Shown: in pieces, positions 7,120 through 10,439 of the stretch
How the letters are laid out: each line of letters begins with the position of its first letter
Numbering within the stretch: the stretch's first letter is position 1
Origin: a bacterium
GTDB lineage: Bacteria > Zhuqueibacterota > Zhuqueibacteria > Oceanimicrobiales > Oceanimicrobiaceae
Assembly: GCA_046757165.1 (NCBI GenBank)
Contig: JBHHXT010000176.1
Span: 1-10,439, forward strand
Direction of reading: 5' to 3'
DNA length: 10,439 bases
Translations under genes and position numbers: made by a program
Notes under the pieces: generated by a model
Database searches by the model: none
Seen by the model: only the letters and a program-made list of their open reading frames with translations
What the model was told of the DNA's origin: nothing

Positions 7120-7178
7120 GTGTCCGGTAGATGTTGAAGCATGCCAGAGCCGCCCAATTCGTAATTGTGACAAAAGGC

Positions 7179-7207
7179 TTGACACGGCCTGAGCAAAATG
7201 TTATTTT
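7179..7207 (+). promoter_or_regulatory. Sigma70-type promoter for the caspase-family gene
   Basis: Perfect -35 TTGACA (7179-7184), 17-nt spacer, extended -10 TG (7199-7200), and -10 TATTTT (7202-7207), which keeps the TAnnnT bases. Confidence 0.75.
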
Positions 7208-7363
7208 GAAGTCTCAGGGCTTTTCGACACAGTCTCTTTCCAACGATTTTCGACGACACTGCCTCGATAGCTTCCAGCAGACCCGGGCCGAGCGAGGCGT
7301 GGCAATCTTTTTATGGTGCCCTGCTTTTTTTGCTGAGTTTGGTCAAAACAGGGAGGAACCAAA

Positions 7364-10018
7364 ATGGGCAGAAGATTCTGGTGTGTACTCGTCGTTAGCC
7401 TGGGCCTGGGCCAGCCGGCATTGGCGCAGCAAAAGTTCGAATATGTCAAAAAGGAGAGATGGCGCAGCAACGCCTGGGTGAACCTGGTATCTCTGAGCGC
7501 ACTGGGCGGCAAGCGGGATGGGTTCAAATTGGACATGCTGGGCGCGCGCTACAAGTACATTCGTTTTACTCTGGTTTCCGTCCTCAGCAACAAAGCAAGC
7601 GATATTTTCGACTTCCCGAAGGAGGGCGTCGATTATGACTTTTTTGACGGAGAAGAGCCGCCAAACAACATCCTCTACATTCTTCCGGTCGGCTTCTATT
7701 TGCCGGTGCTGACTTTGAAGAGCAGCACTTTTGGTTTGAATTCGAATCTGTATCTTTTCCCTTCCAAAGAGAATCGTGACGAGGAGGAGTTCCCTCGTCT
7801 GGTGGAGCTCGGCGTGCGTTTTGATATGAGGTTTTTCTCCCTGCAACTCGGCCGGCGATGGCAGTTTGACGAATGGCTGCGGCCCAGGTTCGACTTCTTT
7901 GGCAATCATTTTGTGCGTTCTGTGGTCGAGCATGACCGGTTCGATGGCTACTTTTTCGAAGCCTCAGTTGGTCTCATGGGGCCGCTCAATACCAGGACGA
8001 GCGTCGAGCATAAGAAGATGCTGCCCAATCCCTCCCTGTTCATCGCGACAGAGGGTGTGCAAGAAGAAGTGCTGAGCGGCGAAGGAGCCGAATTAGAAGT
8101 GACCATCGGGAATCGGGGCAAGGGAGCGGCAGAGATAGCGTATCTCAATGTCCATACCGTGACCGGCAGGCGGGATGTTCTTACCTTTGATAACGAGTAC
8201 TACGTCGGCGATTTGCCGCCGGATGCAAGACGAACGGTCCGCATTCCCATCGCAGCCACCAGCGACCTGCAGGACGAGGAATTGCTGACTTTGAGACTGG
8301 TGTGTACTGAAAAGGACGGCTTTCGGGCACAAGCAGATGTCGACCTCCGGGTGGTTCCGGAGTCCCGTCCGGAGAAGTTCCCGCCTGTCCTCAGTGGGGT
8401 TGCCAATCTCAGGGAGAGCAACGGCAACAACCTGCTGGATGCGAACGAATTAGGCGGGATCGAGGTGGCGGTGCTGAACAACGGCAAAGGCAACGCCTGG
8501 AATGTCAGAGTGGCTCTCGAGCCGCTGGACATGCCGCCCTTGCCGGGGTTGTCGGTCAGGCGGACGTCGCAGACGATTCGCAAAATTCCGCCGGGCGCGA
8601 CTGAAACCGTCTCCTTCCCGCTCACGGCCGATATGGATATTCCGTCTGGCACGGTGAAGTACCGCATCACGATTCGCGAAGGCAATGGCTTCGATGCGGT
8701 TCCTATCGTTTTTTCTTTCGGCACGCAAGGGTTTATCGCCCCGCAACTGGCGGTGGTGGACGTCGGCATCGATGACACGGAAGGGCCGAGCAGTTTTGGC
8801 AATGGCAATAATATCATCGAAAACAATGAGACCGTAGAAGTGACAGTAGTCCTGCAGAACCGTGGCCAGGGAATCGCAGAAAATGTTGTCGCCAGAATTG
8901 TGGTTGCCTCTGACAATATCTTCTATTCAGGAGAGGAGCTGTACAAGTTACGCGACCTGAACGCCGGGCAGTCCACGATGATTCGGTTCCCGTTTGTGGT
9001 CAACAATCGCTACGCCGGCGATGCGCTGCTGCCCATCTCCATTCTGGTTTCCGAAAGCTGGGGCAAGTACGGCTTCACCCAGAGCCTCGGCCTCGAGTTG
9101 AACAAAGTCTTCCGCGACGCCAGGATGATCGAGGTCACGGGGCAGAGGCATGAAACGGTCGCGATCCCGGACGCCGCCTCAGCCGGGGTCGATGTGGATT
9201 TGGATATCCCGTTCAATAAATCCAGGAATTCCGATGCCGTGGCCGTGGTGATCGGCATCTCAAAATATCAGAACCGTGACGTGCCGCCGGTCCTGTTTGG
9301 CAAACGGGACGCCCTGGTGATGAAAAGGTACTTGATCAACATCCTCGGTTTTGATCAGAAACGGATCATTGAAATCTATGACCATGACGCCAGTCTGGCT
9401 TCCTTCAAGCGAATTTTCGAGCAGCAGTTGCCGAATTGGATTCGCAAGGGTAAATCCGATGTCTTCGTCTACTACAGTGGCCACGGCGCGCCCGATCCGG
9501 AATCCGAAGAGGCGTTTTTCGTCCCGTATGACTGCGATCCGAGCTACGCAAGATCCACGGGATACAAAGTCAAAGAGTTCTACGCCCGCCTGGCGGATTT
9601 GCAGGCCCGCAGCGTCACGGCTGTGGTCGATGCGTGCTTCAGCGGCTCCACCGATGCCGGGATGCTGCTGAAGGGGATCAGTCCGCTTTTCATCAAGGTG
9701 GAAAACCCGGTCGCGCTGCTCGAAAATGGTGTCGTCTTCACCTCCTCCACCGGGCAGCAAGTGGCCACCTGGTTTCATGAAAAAAAGCACGGCTTGTTCA
9801 CCTATTTCTTCTTGAAAGGGTTGCGTGGCGAGGCAGATGGTGACAGCAATGCCGAGATTACGGCTGCGGAGATGGAAACGTTTCTGCTCAACCATGTGCC
9901 CGACACCGCCCGCTATCTCAACAACCGCGAGCAGACGCCGCAAGTCATGACAAAAGACAAAGCGCGCGTGCTGGTGAAGTTTTCCACTCCGGAAGACGTG
10001 GCAAGTGACAGCAACTAA
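7364..10018 (+). CDS. Exported caspase-family (peptidase C14) protein with three Ig-like (CARDB-like) repeats and a beta-rich N-terminal domain
   Basis: 884 aa; RBS GGAGG at 7352-7356; signal peptide MGRRFWCVLVVSLGLGQPALA|Q. Three repeats contain N-x-G-x-G-x-A (Asn codons 8111, 8477, 8858). C14 domain: AVAVVIGISKY, DVFVYYSGHG (His codon 9482-9484), FFVPYD, VVDACFSG (Cys codon 9635-9637), HGLFTYFFLKGLRGEAD, EQTPQV. Confidence 0.93.
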   Translation: MGRRFWCVLVVSLGLGQPALAQQKFEYVKKERWRSNAWVNLVSLSALGGKRDGFKLDMLGARYKYIRFTLVSVLSNKASDIFDFPKEGVDYDFFDGEEPPNNILYILPVGFYLPVLTLKSSTFGLNSNLYLFPSKENRDEEEFPRLVELGVRFDMRFFSLQLGRRWQFDEWLRPRFDFFGNHFVRSVVEHDRFDGYFFEASVGLMGPLNTRTSVEHKKMLPNPSLFIATEGVQEEVLSGEGAELEVTIGNRGKGAAEIAYLNVHTVTGRRDVLTFDNEYYVGDLPPDARRTVRIPIAATSDLQDEELLTLRLVCTEKDGFRAQADVDLRVVPESRPEKFPPVLSGVANLRESNGNNLLDANELGGIEVAVLNNGKGNAWNVRVALEPLDMPPLPGLSVRRTSQTIRKIPPGATETVSFPLTADMDIPSGTVKYRITIREGNGFDAVPIVFSFGTQGFIAPQLAVVDVGIDDTEGPSSFGNGNNIIENNETVEVTVVLQNRGQGIAENVVARIVVASDNIFYSGEELYKLRDLNAGQSTMIRFPFVVNNRYAGDALLPISILVSESWGKYGFTQSLGLELNKVFRDARMIEVTGQRHETVAIPDAASAGVDVDLDIPFNKSRNSDAVAVVIGISKYQNRDVPPVLFGKRDALVMKRYLINILGFDQKRIIEIYDHDASLASFKRIFEQQLPNWIRKGKSDVFVYYSGHGAPDPESEEAFFVPYDCDPSYARSTGYKVKEFYARLADLQARSVTAVVDACFSGSTDAGMLLKGISPLFIKVENPVALLENGVVFTSSTGQQVATWFHEKKHGLFTYFFLKGLRGEADGDSNAEITAAEMETFLLNHVPDTARYLNNREQTPQVMTKDKARVLVKFSTPEDVASDSN

Positions 10019-10162
10019 GTACAGGAATTCGTAAATACTATTACGTATTTAATCTCACGCAAAGACGCCGAGCGCGCAGAGTTTGTTCTTGACCTTCATT
10101 TCTCTGCGGACTTTGCGGCTTTGCGTGAGGCGATATGTCATCGAATTTATGAAAACCTGTAC
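10019..10162. mobile_element. 144-bp MITE-like non-autonomous element
   Basis: Terminal inverted repeats GTACAGGAATTCGTAAAT (10019-10036) and ATTTATGAAAACCTGTAC (10145-10162; reverse complement GTACAGGTTTTCATAAAT) match at 15/18. They are flanked exactly by the direct repeat CAACTAA (10012-10018 and 10163-10169). No coding capacity. Confidence 0.8.
10054..10129. repeat. 28-bp inverted repeat built from CGC(A/C)(A/G)AG units, nested in the MITE
   Basis: CTCACGCAAAGACGCCGAGCGCGCAGAG (10054-10081) versus the reverse complement of 10102-10129, CTCACGCAAAGCCGCAAAGTCCGCAGAG: 23/28 identity, with a 20-nt loop. Confidence 0.9.
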
Positions 10163-10335
10163 CAACTAAGGCATGCCGTGCAAGGCCCGGCTGCATGGTT
10201 TTGCATGGCTGAAAGACCCCTCCCTTTGCTCAGCGACAGATTCCGGTGGGTCGAGATCATGTTGCTTCTGGGTTGACAGTCCCCCCATTTTGGGGCTTAT
10301 CGTTACCCATATCTTTCGCTGGACACAGGGGGTTA

Positions 10336-10439
10336 ATATTACACTCCTACGGCGTGTTGGACGATTTGGCTATAAATATGTCACCGCTACGCGGTTTTGT
10401 ACCCCCTACACGAACGTCAACGCCGTAGGCGTGAAATGT
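10336..10439. repeat. Second REP-like hairpin cluster (AyATkwC + 5-bp stem + TAC loop), three units, runs off the window end
   Basis: 10336-10355 (+) ATATTAC-ACTCC-TAC-GGCGT; 10376-10395 (+) ATATGTC-ACCGC-TAC-GCGGT; 10420-10439 (-) ACATTTC-ACGCC-TAC-GGCGT. Confidence 0.85.

Noticed and set aside
7071..7536. ORFs 7071-7259, 7131-7481 and 7201-7536 between sppA and the caspase gene
   Set aside because: They cross the promoter, leader or real CDS start, and have no recognisable motifs.
4629..9943. Long minus-strand ORFs (4629-5363, 4642-5637, 6319-7017, 7343-7933, 8200-8916, 9260-9943)
   Set aside because: They lie antisense to sppA or the caspase gene in GC-rich coding DNA, where stop-free reverse frames are expected, and carry no family motifs.
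9230..10018. Caspase gene as part of an anti-phage or cell-death system (gasdermin, CBASS or type III CRISPR-linked)
   Set aside because: No partner effector, NTPase, TPR or cyclase gene is in the window, and the protein has an export signal.
10175..10209. GCCGTGCAA / TTGCATGGC stem as a terminator
   Set aside because: 17-nt loop and no U-tract on either strand, so it is unsupported as an intrinsic terminator.
10273..10303. TTGACA at 10273-10278 as a promoter
   Set aside because: The best -10 (TATCGT, 10298-10303) needs a 19-nt spacer, and no downstream gene is visible in the window.
10246..10428. 60-aa ORF near the window end
   Set aside because: GTG start with no RBS, and it reads through the REP-like cluster.
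7006..10439. CRISPR array interpretation of the hairpin clusters at 7006-7119 and 10336-10439
   Set aside because: The units are about 20 nt, vary in sequence, switch orientation, number only three each, and no cas genes are present.

Overview
Bacterial genomic window, probably from a diderm lineage (an FCB-related affiliation is only an inference from protein style). It holds four supported genes. (1) A minus-strand one-piece hybrid sensor kinase: signal peptide, carbohydrate-binding-like domain, 7 TM helices, HisKA, HATPase, REC and AraC HTH. (2) A minus-strand DCC1/DUF393 thiol-disulfide oxidoreductase. (3) A plus-strand 67K-type SppA protease fused behind an NPA-motif beta-barrel-like domain. 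(4) A plus-strand exported caspase-family (C14) protease with a beta-rich N-terminus and three Ig-like repeats, preceded by a near-consensus sigma70 promoter. Four of the five non-coding regions hold small structured repeats, and no transposase is present. These include a 144-bp MITE-like element (18-bp TIRs, 7-bp target duplication that copies the caspase stop codon) with a second inverted repeat nested inside it, two distinct REP-like hairpin families with compensatory stem changes, 7-nt periodic (C)GAT arrays, and a ~100-bp diverged tandem duplication whose second copy carries an extra heptamer run and a different hairpin. No RNA genes or CRISPR array were seen. All calls were made by eye; no searches were run.
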